Assembly: GCA_907165135.1 (NCBI GenBank) | Contig: OU015569.1 | Coordinates: forward strand, 4,836,001 to 4,900,000 | Length of the DNA: 64,000 nucleotides | Reading direction: 5' to 3' | Source of the DNA: Oikopleura dioica | Taxonomy: Eukaryota; Animalia; Chordata | Shown here: piece after piece, positions 33,149 to 44,799 of the stretch | How positions within the stretch are numbered: position 1 is the first letter of the stretch | Layout of the letters: each line of letters opens with the position of its first letter | The notes under the pieces: model-generated | Databases searched by the model: none | What the model saw: the letters and a program-made list of their open reading frames with translations, nothing else | What the model was told of the DNA's origin: nothing | Translations under genes and position numbers: made by a program

Positions 33149-34820
33149 CCCCTATACCCGAAGTGTACAATTTTTGTCGATTTCGGGATATAATCGCCCG
33201 CCGAATGGAGCTGGTGGGTCAGAATGACCTGAAAACTCAAATGAGTATTTGCACAAGACTTGCGCACCTTTCCGCAAAATTTCCGTGTGATAAGCCCAGT
33301 GAGGAGTCAGGAGGGACTCGTCTGCCCTGCTATCCGGCGGGTGACCAGAATGGCCGGACCAAGCGGGTGACAAGTCCGCCCTGGCCGGACTGCCCTTCTC
33401 CGCAGGGGACTGCGAGTCTCGGAGGGAAATTGCTAAGTGACCGTGCAAAATCCTGATCACAAGGGTGTTCCGATGATGGAGCTTATCTGCACTAGGTTCA
33501 TTTTTCAGAGGATCAAGAGCATTTTTCTTCAAATATTTTCAGGAAAAAGGCTATTTATACAAAAACGAATATGAAAATTCCGAAAATCGAGGTTATAACT
33601 TCTGAAAATGAAAGTTTCTTCATGAAAACATGCATCAAAGAACATCCTCTTCTTATCTAATTATATAACAGCTGTCTTATGATCTTCTTTCCTGTTTGAA
33701 TTTCCTTAAATGTTCTTCCAGCTGATCTTCTGACACTTATTCTTACCGTCATGGTGAAAACAAGTGAGCTGTACGCTATCTTTGTAAGCGCCCCTGACTG
33801 TAAAGATGAATCGTTTATTACTTGGATGTGGCAAAATCTCTGAGCCTGCTAAAGTAAATACCAATTGGCAAAGCTTTTTTGAGTTTCGAAAATATCTCAC
33901 TCATTTCTTTTATTTTCTGGTTGAACGAGAAGGAGAGAACAATTAAATAGCTTTCCGTTAGGTGAAAACATAAACGAAGCATCTGTAATTACTCCGACAA
34001 AGTCAGAAGATCAGCTGGAAGAAAGTTAAAGGAAATTCAAACAGAAAAGAAGATCATAAGACAGCTGTTATATAATTAGATAAGAAGAGGATGTTCTTTG
34101 ATGCATGTTTTCATGAAGAAACTTTCATTTTCAGAAGTTATAACCTCGATTTTCGGAATCTTCATATTCGTTTTTGTATAAATAGCCTTTTTCCTGAAAA
34201 TTTTTGAAGAAAAATGCTCTTGATCCTCTGAAAAATGAACCTAATGCAGATAAGCTGCACTGTCGGAACACCCTTATGATCAAGATTTTGTAAGGTCACT
34301 TCGCAATTTCCCACCGAGACTCGCAGTCCCCTGCGGAGAAGGGCAGTCCGGCCAGGGCGGACTTGTCACCCGCTTGGTCCGGCCATTCTGGTCACCCGCC
34401 GGATAGCAGGGCAGACGAGTCCCTCTTACCCCCCAGTGAGCACTGCACCAGTACTGATTTTCTCACGCCACCTCGCGCGCTCCAAGGAAGAAAAAAAATT
34501 TCCTTTACTCATTTTTGCTTCAGTTTTAGTTTATTCTTAGGTTTTTTAGTATGGAGAGTTCGAAAATCACCGTTAAAAATGGATCAGATGAGTATTTTTC
34601 ATAATTATCACATAATAAATTTCATACTGTTAAAAATTCTTTCCCCAATTTCAGCACTAAATATCAATTTTACGGAAAATATAAAAGTGCAGTTCGAAAG
34701 AGAATGATGAACTTAGTATAATATGATACTTTGAAAAGATTATCTCGAGAGGAAGACCAAATCGACAAAAATTGTACACTTCGGGTAAGGGGGTTCTTTA
34801 AGCAGCTTCGCGTATAGGGG
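33149..34820. mobile_element. piggyBac-type non-autonomous element (1672 bp including a nested insertion)
   Basis: TTAA at 33145-33148 and 34821-34824. Termini CCCCTATACCCGAAG / CTTCGCGTATAGGGG. Subterminal inverted repeat CCGAAGTGTACAATTTTTGTCGATTT abuts the left TIR but is separated by ~25 bp on the right (~34760-34787), the asymmetric layout typical of piggyBac. Confidence 0.9.
33304..34431. mobile_element. MULE-type MITE with ~430-bp TIRs nested inside the piggyBac-type element
   Basis: CCCAGTGAG duplicated at 33295-33303 and 34432-34440 (9-bp TSD). ~33305-33735 is a high-identity reverse complement of ~34000-34430, with a ~270-bp unique centre. Confidence 0.88.
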
Positions 34821-35333
34821 TTAAACTAAGTCTCGCTAAAGCTCATTATTTGCTTGAGATTGAGGCGGAGAACTTGTCTGATAGGACTCAAATCTATTCA
34901 GAATGAAAAAAAACCCCGCTAGAATGGTCTGAACTCGTCAATTGCGAATTTTGAGGTGAGTGTAGTTATCCGGTCATAAGAGTGACTGCTAAGAAGCAAC
35001 AAATCTCGAGATCAACATCATCTTTGGGAATTTAAAATTATTAGTGGCGCAATTCGCTGGATGAACCTTGAGCACGCTTCGCCACGAGTCCATTAGTGCC
35101 GAGCTGATTGCTTCGTCTTTGCAGCGAATTCGCAAGCTGCGCTCGTTTCTCACTGCTTTCCTTTAGACACGGGCTCGTACGGTGAAGAACCAACAGAAAG
35201 TGCTCATTATAACACATTTCTAAAAAATCATGGCCAAGACTTTCTTTCTCCTCTTTTGTGATGCATCTAACGGCCACAATGGAGTCTGTAAACATGCTTG
35301 AGAGTCAGAACTTGACTCAGAAGCCATTTTTAA

Positions 35334-35669
35334 GGACCCCCCGTCAGCTTTTTTCTTCAAAAAATGGAAATTTTGAGAAACGCCATATTTTTGGTTCTTA
35401 ATGCGTCCTCAGGTTTAGCTTGCTTCAAAAACATGATAAGAGGAGTATTTGACCAAGAAAAGTCAATATTTTTGCTAAAATAAGGGCAAATTCGTCAATT
35501 TTCGGCGAAAAGTCCAATTTTCAAATGCGATTTTGGGGATGAAGGAGTCGAGATAGACCCCCAAAAATGCAGCCTTAGAATCGTTTTTTGACCCGTAGAA
35601 TCCATTTCCGGGGTCAAAATTTTAAAATTCCGAAATTTGATTTTTCGAAAAAAGCTGACGGGGGGGTCC
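35334..35669. mobile_element. 336-bp MITE with TTAA flanks and GG...CC termini (Kolobok-like)
   Basis: TTAA|GGACCCCCCGTCAGCTTTTTT ... AAAAAAGCTGACGGGGGGGTCC|TTAA (TTAA at 35330-35333 and 35670-35673). RR...YY termini with a TTAA TSD fit Kolobok rather than piggyBac (CC...GG). Confidence 0.8.
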
Positions 35670-35954
35670 TTAAATTGTAATTTAATTACTTTGTCTGTTG
35701 GAGAAAACCGCACTTTGTTGTCACTTGAACTAATACATTTAGCCCCTGAGTCTTAGCTATGCAGACTGATACCGTAACAAACATAAAACAGTTGAAAGAA
35801 TTGGAAAAAATAGTGTTTACTCACATTAGAATCATATTGTCCGTAAAACGTATACTACCCGGTTCCTGTTCCCAGTTTTTAATTTTTGCCGAGAGAGCGC
35901 CTGTTATTTTGATCACGATAATATGTAAGAATTGATAATTACAAGTTTAAGGCT

Positions 35955-37560
35955 TTAGTGAGAGATCAACTGGCCTAGCCCGTTGTTCGCGTGAGACAAA
36001 GTCTTTCCCTCTCGTTGATGATCCTCCGACTTAGGGCGTGCGAACACAATGTTCTCCATCCATCTTTCGTGGAGTTTCCCGTTTGTAGAACATGGCTTCA
36101 GCGAATTAGGCCTTGATGTAAGAGGCTTTATCCTTCCCAACGGATACCTCTTGATTTCAAAAGCCTCGCTGCTAAATTTTAATTGAACGATATCTTTAAA
36201 TAGAATTTTCAAAGCAAAAATAGTAAAAAAAAAGTCGGATAATATTTTTTCTAAATGAACTCAAAACTATTATTTGTGGAAACGATAATTTATGGTTATA
36301 TTAGATAGTCTGGGAAGATGCAGATCAGGTAAACTCCTGACTTGCACGTTGAGCAATGGAGGAGGCGACCGCAGGTGATGACGGTGTCTTGGGCTTGGGA
36401 GAAGGCTCGTCTCCAGAGGTGCCCATTTGGGGCTCGCATTTGGGCTCCGGCGCGGTTTCGCTTTCTTTGAATCAAGGTAATAGATCTGCTTTCTTTTTAA
36501 CACTTGAGTTCAACTTGAACTAAGTTACTGTAACTCAAGCTTTATTAATAATTAACAATTATAAGAAGTTTTACCCATTCCTTGATTGAAGAACTCCTGT
36601 TCAATTATTTCGTTTACCGCTTAAATCAGAATGCTTTCATCATAACTGTAGGCATCGGAAACACTGACCTGATAGAATAGAAACTTGGCGAGAAGGATGT
36701 AGAATCACTTCTATTTTTGGCTCTTCTTCTTTTTGCTCTTCGATTATTTCGGAAGGTTCAATCTTCTCTTCGGGCTCTTCTTCTTCCTCTTCGATTTTCT
36801 CTGGAAAGACGAACACCGGTTGCGTTTCTTGCTGTTTAATAACAATGGGCGTGTAGGAACCAGAACTTCTTGGGGAATAAATAGGCGTCTTTGGAAACGT
36901 TCGATGCTGTGGAGATTTAATTTCTTCGAATGTCAGTGCATTTTCTTTACTCAAACGCATGTTACTAATTGAAAAGTTGCAATCGCAAACCGTTCGGATT
37001 ATGCATATTCTCATCTGATTGGATTGGATTTTCTTTTATTCAAACTTAATTTTCAAAGATAGAAAATTAAATGTTAATCCAGGCCTAACGAAACGGAAAA
37101 TCGTACATGATTGTTTGCGCTTTCTTTTAACAGTGCTCGAAAAATGCCAGAGAAAATGCTCGTATTCAATGTTTTCGGATGGGATCTCCTTATCGAAAAC
37201 ATTGCTCGCTATGCTAATCAGTTTTCTTGAATTTGCGCACGTTTCCTTCAACCTGTTGTTTCACACTTTCCACAAAGTCGGGGTCAAGCAATGGATTACC
37301 GATGGCTTCATCATTGTCGCTTGTCCGCAGAAAGTAGCCAATGGCTGCTGCTACTGCTCCGATTGCTAGTCCGGCCCCAGCCATCCCAGCTTCAATTTTT
37401 TCCGAAGTTATAAACAAAATAACGAGCATTAAGTACCTGAAGATTTAACTGTGTCCGTTATATATTCCTGCACACGGCCGACTTGGGCGAGGGGGCCATC
37501 GATAACATACTGTAACGCGGTATCCTTCCAGTCAGATAGTGAATAGAACACGTTGGAAAT
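35955..37560 (-). CDS. Unidentified multi-exon gene with a hydrophobic segment, a Glu-rich tract and a Pro/Ser/Arg-rich tract
   Basis: Open segments MAGAGLAIGAVAAAIGYFL..., KLISIASNVFDKEIPSENIEYEHFLWHF..., ...EKIEEEEEEPEEKIEPSEIIEEQKEEEPK..., KAKPRRSPNASPKWAP..., last exon ending 35955. No family recognised. Confidence 0.45.
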
Positions 37561-37944
37561 TGTCGTCCCTTAACGTCAACACAAACAGTACTCATAAACT
37601 TTTACCTATTCCACTGGTGCTTTCCTCCATTCTCTTTTCTTTTCGCCAAAGTGGTTTCGATTAAACGTCTTGAAAAGAGACAGGAAATGGTGGCCGCGTA
37701 TTTTTGTTCCGGTCGAGAATGATTTTATATCTTTTTGAACGAGATTTAGTTTTAAAATAACTAAGTAGAATTCGATCTGCTTCGAAATATTATTTTGCAA
37801 TCATGGAAGAGAATACCCTCGTTTGCCTTGTGAATATATGGTGTTTATTAGCGAGCGATTATATGGTTTTAAATATGAATGAACAGAATGGAGTAAGTTG
37901 TATACAGTTTTTTAAATATCTTTTTTTTTATAAAGTTAAACTCT

Positions 37945-38256
37945 TTATAAGTTCTTGTGGTATGCCATGAACTTTTGATAGCGCTTGGCTCGGTAATGAT
38001 TTCTCGTTCTTCTCTGATGAGTTTCGGGAGAGCTTTCCAAAAGATAGGAAATCAGATTGTCGTTGTTGACCGAGTCAGATAAATTGGGAGAGTTAAGGAT
38101 TTGTCGGATGATCTCGTCCTGGCCCACGTTTTCTGCGTTTTTTTCTTTTGCTTGGTGTCGAAGGTAGAGATTGTTGAAAAGGCGGTTCTGATAGCTGCGG
38201 TCGGCGAAAACGCCGCCGAGCATCGAGAGAGCAAAGAAATACTTGATAGGCATCAT
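37945..38256 (-). CDS. Intronless 103-aa secreted protein or propeptide
   Basis: ATG at 38256: signal-peptide-like MMPIKYFFALSMLGGVFA, then DRSYQNRLFNNLYLRH..., and a basic Tyr-rich C-terminus QRRTRNHYRAKRYQKFMAYHKNL-stop with RR and KR dibasic sites. Confidence 0.65.
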   Translation of the reverse strand: MMPIKYFFALSMLGGVFADRSYQNRLFNNLYLRHQAKEKNAENVGQDEIIRQILNSPNLSDSVNNDNLISYLLESSPETHQRRTRNHYRAKRYQKFMAYHKNL

Positions 38257-39269
38257 CTTCTTGTTCTTAGAGGATCTTTTAACTTTCGTTGTGATTGACT
38301 TCAGCTTCTGTTCGCTGCTTTTATAGCGACCTTCGTAACGAGAATGGGCAGTGAATCGAGCGCCCTCTCTGTCATGCCTGCCCAAGGAGGCACAGTCAGC
38401 TTCTGTCCGATGCACTACTCAGAAAGTCATCTGAAAATGAGTTCGCGGTTCGAATTACAGTCAAAGTAGAATTCCCAAACATCGGCTGATACAGATCATA
38501 TGACAAAAATGAAAAGGCCGTGTGTTACCAGTTTTCTCCTCGGCAGCTTCATTTTGGCGGTCATCTGAAACGTCAGGAGAATCCAAGTTGATGATTGAGC
38601 GGAGGAAAGTTCTAGCGGTTTCTCATCAAAGGCGTGACTCTTCCAGGAGGAAAAAGTAATTGAGCCCGAGGCGGGTGCGCTGGCGTTGATGTATTTGTGT
38701 TCCGTCAGTGGTAGTTGAGCCGTTCGTCAAAAAAATCCCGAAGCGCGTCCTTTCTTTTCCTAAATCTTCGCACATTTTCATCACCACTTGTTTTTGGCCT
38801 TGACGTTTAGTTGCGCTAGATAGAAATTTATCTGCGGGGCTGAGATTTCTGGCCGCCGCCCAGTCTCCGGAACAGATCAGAGAATACTACAGATATCGAA
38901 GACTTCCGTCCAATTAACTGACAGCTGCTAATTGGAACACCTTCAAACCAAATAGCCGGCTGCGGAGAAACGCTATGAAGATACAGCTACTTACTGTATC
39001 GGCCCTTCTTCAATCAGGTTCACTTTGATAATTTATTAGCAGCAATGTTTTTTTAAGAATAATTTTTTTTTAATTGCAATAATTGCTAATGTCTTCTAAA
39101 TTAGAATCTTAAATATTAAACTAGAAATGTCGAAATTGCCAACTTTCATTTATCGTATCATTAGCTACCAGTCAACCTGAAAATTCTTTGGCAGATGTAA
39201 GGAATTGTTGTGTCTGTATTTTTAATTATTGTAATTTTGCCTCATAATTCATTTAATATTCGACACTTT

Positions 39270-40132
39270 TGACACAATTGGCAGTAGTCTTTTGAATCCA
39301 GACTCTTCGATAGTGAAAGAAGATGACTTTCGACAAAATCCGAAAATCGACGATTATCTCAATCGGCTCATTCGTAAAATTTTCCCTGAGTTGGAACCCG
39401 TAGATGAGCCGACTCTCCAAAGCATACGCGAAAAAATAGGAGCGAGTATCATCAATTCATAAATCAGTTCTAACTAATTCAATCACAATATTCGAATTGG
39501 AATATTGACAATTTTTGAGACAAAGCATGTCTAATAAGAGACTAGACTGAACTTAAAAGACTATTTTCCACACCCTTTGAGTCAGGATCTTCTGGAAAAA
39601 TTCACGAACTGTTTCGGAGCTCTTTGGAACGAAAATAAAGCTTTTAGGAAATTAAAGCTCTTTAATAGCCCTGATTCACGAGCGTAGGGATCATTTGCGC
39701 CAATCTGTATTTGTAAATTTCCATTTATGTCTTTAATTTTCGTTCTCGCTGTTCGGTAAAAGGGTTCTTTCTGGCTCTACGCCGATTCTTTTTAGAGTAA
39801 ATTAATCAGACCGCAACTAACAACGCATTTGCCCAAACAGCCAGAAAAAGTATGTTGCCCTTTTTAGGCTATTAATCGACTGTGCCCGCTTTTAAGTGAG
39901 CTCGTAAAAAGACGTCGCTGTAAATGAAACTGGCGTTGCAAACATCACTGAAATTTTCAACGAAATGAAAGATTCCCAGGAGGTCGATTATACAATTGCA
40001 AAGCCCGACTCTTCGAACGAGTATGGTGGAGAGTATGATTATTACCCGAACTCAGGAGGACTTGACAAGGATGACTGGAATATCTTTTATGATCCTGATG
40101 TTCCACGGGGAGATGGAAGGAAAGGCTATTAA
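39270..40132 (+). CDS. Unidentified gene with an acidic, Tyr-rich C-terminus (5' end unresolved)
   Basis: Exon-like frames SLLNPDSSIVKEDDFRQNPKIDDYLNRLIRKIFPELEP... and DVAVNETGVANITEIFNEMKDSQEVDY...EYGGEYDYYPNSGGLDKDDWNIFYDPDVPRGDGRKGY-stop (40132). Confidence 0.4.
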
Positions 40133-40289
40133 ACGATCAGAAATAAATTATGATATGAAGCTTTTTTTGAGATAATTCGATATTTAATTAATTTAATCAA
40201 TATCAAGTCCGAGACTTCAAAGTTTATCAGTTAATTATTCGACAGACTCATTTTATTCTATCATTTTGTCTCAAATTTGCAAAATGTTG

Positions 40290-43200
40290 ATAGCACAACA
40301 AAGATCGTCGGTAAATGTAGCGCCATTCCAACCTCGGCAAGCTGTCGTGGATAAATTTATTGAGTAAGTTACAGTTTTGAAAACACGATAAAAGTGATTT
40401 ACTCGCACGTTTGACTTGACGTCCTTCGCCTCCTTCCCAAACTGAGGCACGCACGTCCAAATATACTCACCTTGGGAATTTGCGAATAAATACAGACGAT
40501 CCACTGTAATATAACGGGTCGTAGATAGTTCACAGTTGATACGTAATCGAACTGATGCAGCCTGTGTCTATTCTGTCATTGGCATCATACATTAAAAGCT
40601 TTATCTGATCAAAAATTCAGGAGAAAAATGGTGAAATCTGAAGTTCACGGAAACAAAGTTATGTTTACGATTGATCACTCGCTCTCGTCAAGGGATGATA
40701 ATTGAAAAAGTAATATTTTTATGGTTGAAATAAAACCCCGCATTTGATTTAATTTAGTGAGTTGTAGTAGAAAGATATTATGTCTAAGGGAACACCATAA
40801 ATGGATTTGTCATTTTAATATTTGACTGAATGAGAGTGGTTGATTTAGTGATAAAATTAAGCAAAACGGCATATGCCACATTTAAATCAGTCTGATGGTA
40901 GAAAAATTATTTTTTTTTTAATCTCAAAATTAACTGATAACTATCGTCTACGTATTTACGTTCAACTAAATTATCCATAATAAGAACTCCAAGAAGATGA
41001 ACTCGTCTGGAAGCGGAGAAGCGTCAGATGACGGCACGTTTTCTGCGATGGATCTTTTTGGTCTTTCAAATCCAAAGAGGTGAGAAAGAAGGAAATAAAT
41101 GAGCAAGTTCAACTGGGCGGAGTGACTGACTGTGCCCGCGTGATAGAACGGGCTCATCGCTCACAATGAATAGTGAAAGATTCCAGATCTTCGCTCTTTG
41201 TAGCTGACACTGAGTTTATTCAAACTAATTACAGTCTCTCGCTAACAGATTGAGATCAGATCATATTCAGTTTCTGGCTTGTTGCTGACCTTGTCATTCC
41301 AGATGGCCTCGAGAAAAATGACTGGTGGCTCGTCAAAGAATACGTAGAACATACTCTCTAAACGTCATATCCATTTTTTATTTTTATCATTCTATGTCAA
41401 GTTACAGACAAAAAGAAGGAAACTGTTGAGGGTTTCAGAATCGAAGGATCACGAAAACGGATCGTCTATGCGGCCAGTTCTCCAAAGGCAACATTGAATG
41501 GTTTATCTTTGTAAAGTGATGTTTAGGGAAATCTGAAACAACAAATTGTCGGTGCGTCGGAAAACGGCTGGGATAAAATATTCGACGGAAAAACTCACCA
41601 ACTCGCAGTTCATGCTACGCCAAGATAGGGTCAAGCTCATTGGCTAAGACTCCCCATAGAGGTGGCGCTTTTCTTAATTATTGATGAAAATAGCTAAACC
41701 AAATGAAGTCGGATAGATTTCTACTACGCGTGCGAAAAAAGGGAGGTGCTTTTCTGAATGATGATCGTAGTCTTCCAGACAACTCGAGCTACAAATTCGC
41801 TGTCAACGACGAAGATGGACAACAAGAATCGATTCCAGGGACAGTGATAAATCAATTTTTACGCGTTCGTTACTTATCCTCGTGAATTTTTAGTTTGATT
41901 ATTTTATCAATCTAACAGTGCTCTTCAATCGTCTTGAGATTCTCTCAGAAGCACAAGCGGAAGATTCTGGAATTTGCTGTACACCAAATGAGCAAGAAAG
42001 TGTTTCAACCTGTATCATCGAAGGAAATTTCCCTGTGCAAGGTTATGATGTTTCAGTAGATTGGTTATGACTTCAATTTCAGCAAGTTGTGCGCAGCCAA
42101 ATTTACCTCCTCCTGAAGTCAAGCCCTGCGAACAAGGTCCACCTGGCGCTATTGGCGAAAAAGGCGCTTCAGGAAGTCAAGGTCCTGCTGGCTTCGCCGG
42201 ACCGAAAGGTGTTACTGGTCCTATTGGCCACCCTGGACCAAAAGGTGAAGCTGGTCTCCCTGGATTAGACGGTCTACCAGGCATGGCCGGAACTGTGGGA
42301 CCTACTGGGCTTGCTGGAGAAAAAGGCGAAAAAGGAAATCAAGGAGAAAAAGGAATGGCCGGCGCTGCAGGACCGATTGGCGTTGTTGGCCCAGCAGGAG
42401 CTCCCGGCAATGTTGGTGAACCTGGAAATCCTGGAATGAATGGACCTCCTGGCATCACTGGCGAGAAAGGAGACCCAGGGAAAAATGGCACTAATGGATC
42501 ACCTGGTATTCCGGGTGCTATCGGCCCGAAAGGTAATTCTAATTTTTTATTGAAATTTTGCGATCTCTTAAGGTGATCCTGGTCTGATTGGTGAAAAGGG
42601 AGATGCTGGAGAAAAGGGATCTCCGGGAGAACCAGGAATCGCTACAAAAGGAGATAAGGGAGAACCTGGTCCTGAAGGGCCTCGTGGAATTATCGGTGAT
42701 AACGGACCAATGGGTTTTAAAGGCGAGATGGGTCCTGCCGGACCAGCTGGAGAAGGAAATGGTTAGATTAAAGAATCTTTGTATTTCGGAAGACTATTAA
42801 ATACCAAAATAAAGTTGGACCACCAGGAGCTAAGGGAGATCAAGGCCCTCCTGGGCCAGCTGGCGAACCAGGTTCGTAATTAAATATAAAAACAGTAATT
42901 TAAGGCCTGAAGAATATCTGAAGGCTAGAGATGGCGCTTGAAGCACCATCAATAAAAGTGATTGAGTACACTCGATCTCGCCAAACAAAATGGTTTGTGT
43001 GTGTGCCCAATAAACTTTTTTTCTGTGCGCCTAAATTAGAACTGATACACGTTTTTTGGGCGCGCCCGATTGTGAACAGAAGAAAAAAAGATCCAATGAA
43101 GATCTTTCTTTTTCTTTTGATTTTTTCGAGCATTTCTGATAGTGTGCGAGTGTACAAGAACTGCAAGAATTGCAAGAAAGTCCTCGTCCGCAAGCGTAAA

Positions 43201-44437
43201 TATTAAGAGACCAAAAACGACAAGAGATTGTCTGGACCTACGTGTTTTTAGGAAAACCTGGAAGCCCTGGACCGAATGGAAATCCTGGCGGACGAGGTGA
43301 ACCGGGAACGAGGGGCCCGATGGGAATTCGTGGTGTAGGTGGTAAGCCTGGACTGCCTGGAATCGTTGGGCTCACTGGCCCGCAGGGCGATAATGGTCCG
43401 AGGGGCCTTGCTGGACTACCAGGCGAACGAGGTTTACCTGGCCCAAGTGGACCGATTGGTCCACCAGGACCTCAGGGTCCCCCTGGCCCTCCTGGAGAAC
43501 AAGGTGGACGAGGACCAGAAGGACCGCGAGGCCCTACTGGATCACGCGGCCCAGAAAGATCGGATAGCGAAGTGAAGAAGCTTATTCTCGAAGTGTTTGC
43601 TGAGCTTATTCCAACGTAAGATAATTAAGAAAAATAGTTCGCAATGTTTAGTGTCATTGAACCTGTTCGTGAGGAATGTAAAAAATGCGACTGCAGAAGA
43701 TCTAATCAGATTGGTCTTGCTCGTATGCGAAAACCTGGTCCTCCTGGGCCTCCTGGAAAAGATGGAGAACCTGGAGAACCTGGCCCACCGGGACCAAGAG
43801 GACATCAGGGTACTTCAGGATTATTTGGTCAGCCTGGAAGCCCTGGTTTGCCTGGAGAGAAAGGTGACCAAGGGCCTTCTGGCGAAGATATTATTGGCGC
43901 CCCTGGCGCTCCCGGAAGACAAGGTAAAATGTTTCAACATGAAAAATTGTTTGAAAATTGAAAGGTCCCATTGGTCCTCCAGCGAATTGCTCCCCTGGAG
44001 AGCCAGGAGAACCTGGACCTCCCGGTCGCCCTGGTCAAATCGGTCGCGACGGCCCTGCTGGCATTGCAGGTCCACAGGGTGTTTGTAAGGCCGACGGTTA
44101 GTTCAAAATAGTTTTAACCTAGGCTAATTGACCTTTAGAATGCAAGGCACCTGACGAGTGGGCTGCTAACGTGAACAACTACGCGAAGCTCTTCCAAACA
44201 ACTCCCGCGCCATGGAATAAAGGACCGCCTCCAAGTCGAAACGACAACGCTCCAGCCTTCAAGGTAAAATAAAAGAACCATTTATAACGCACATGGCAAC
44301 CACAGATCTAAAACCCTCCATATCTTCAACAAACAAAGTTGACTTACTGACTTTGATGACTTTAGCCAGATACTGTAATGAGGCTTCCTGCCAAACCAGA
44401 AGACTCGGATCTCGGACCAGGAACCGTTTTAATTTGA
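40290..44437 (+). CDS. FACIT-type collagen (TSPN/LamG N-terminal domain plus interrupted Gly-X-Y helices; collagen IX/XVI/XIX/XXI-like), multi-exon
   Basis: TSPN-like [13 protein letters not shown] (~41580-41620) and domain-ending AEDSGICC; long (GXY)n exons 42130-44090; short non-collagenous linker [16 protein letters not shown]...CKKCDC; C-terminal FACIT signature [11 protein letters not shown] (C-x4-C across the 44098-44139 intron); stop 44437. Start codon uncertain. Confidence 0.88.
43096..43206 (+). CDS. Candidate 36-aa secreted cationic peptide nested in a collagen intron
   Basis: ATG 43096 to TAA 43206: [36 protein letters not shown], entirely within the ~380-bp collagen intron (~42872-43251). 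Expression not demonstrated. Confidence 0.4.
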   Translation: MKIFLFLLIFSSISDSVRVYKNCKNCKKVLVRKRKY

Positions 44438-44799
44438 TATGAGAATTTCATATTCTAAAAATAGATTTGAGAAACATCTAGTCAGTCGCTAAAATGAGCG
44501 AAATCGAATTATCAAGCTTATTAGATTTTCCGCTCGCGAGCTCCATTTCCTTTTTATATAAATAAGGCTTGATAATGTGCCCGAATCGGAGTTCGTCAAG
44601 TGTATAGGAGCTCTTAAACTGCCTGGCCGACTAGACATTTGAGCCTCGTCGACTGTCATGTGCTGTTGGGCGGGGGTTATTAGAATTCGTAAGATTCCGA
44701 TTATTCACAGCTCAAGCGCGACGATAATTGCTTCTTCCGCTTACTCTAATGAAAGTAGAAAGAAGGTACTTGATAAAAGGAAAAGGGAAGAAAAAGCTT

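Noticed and set aside
33022-34707. ORFs 33022-33456, 33152-33532 and 34363-34707 as possible transposase fragments
   Set aside because: They run through inverted-repeat arms, mirror each other and contain no DDE/DDD or DNA-binding motifs.
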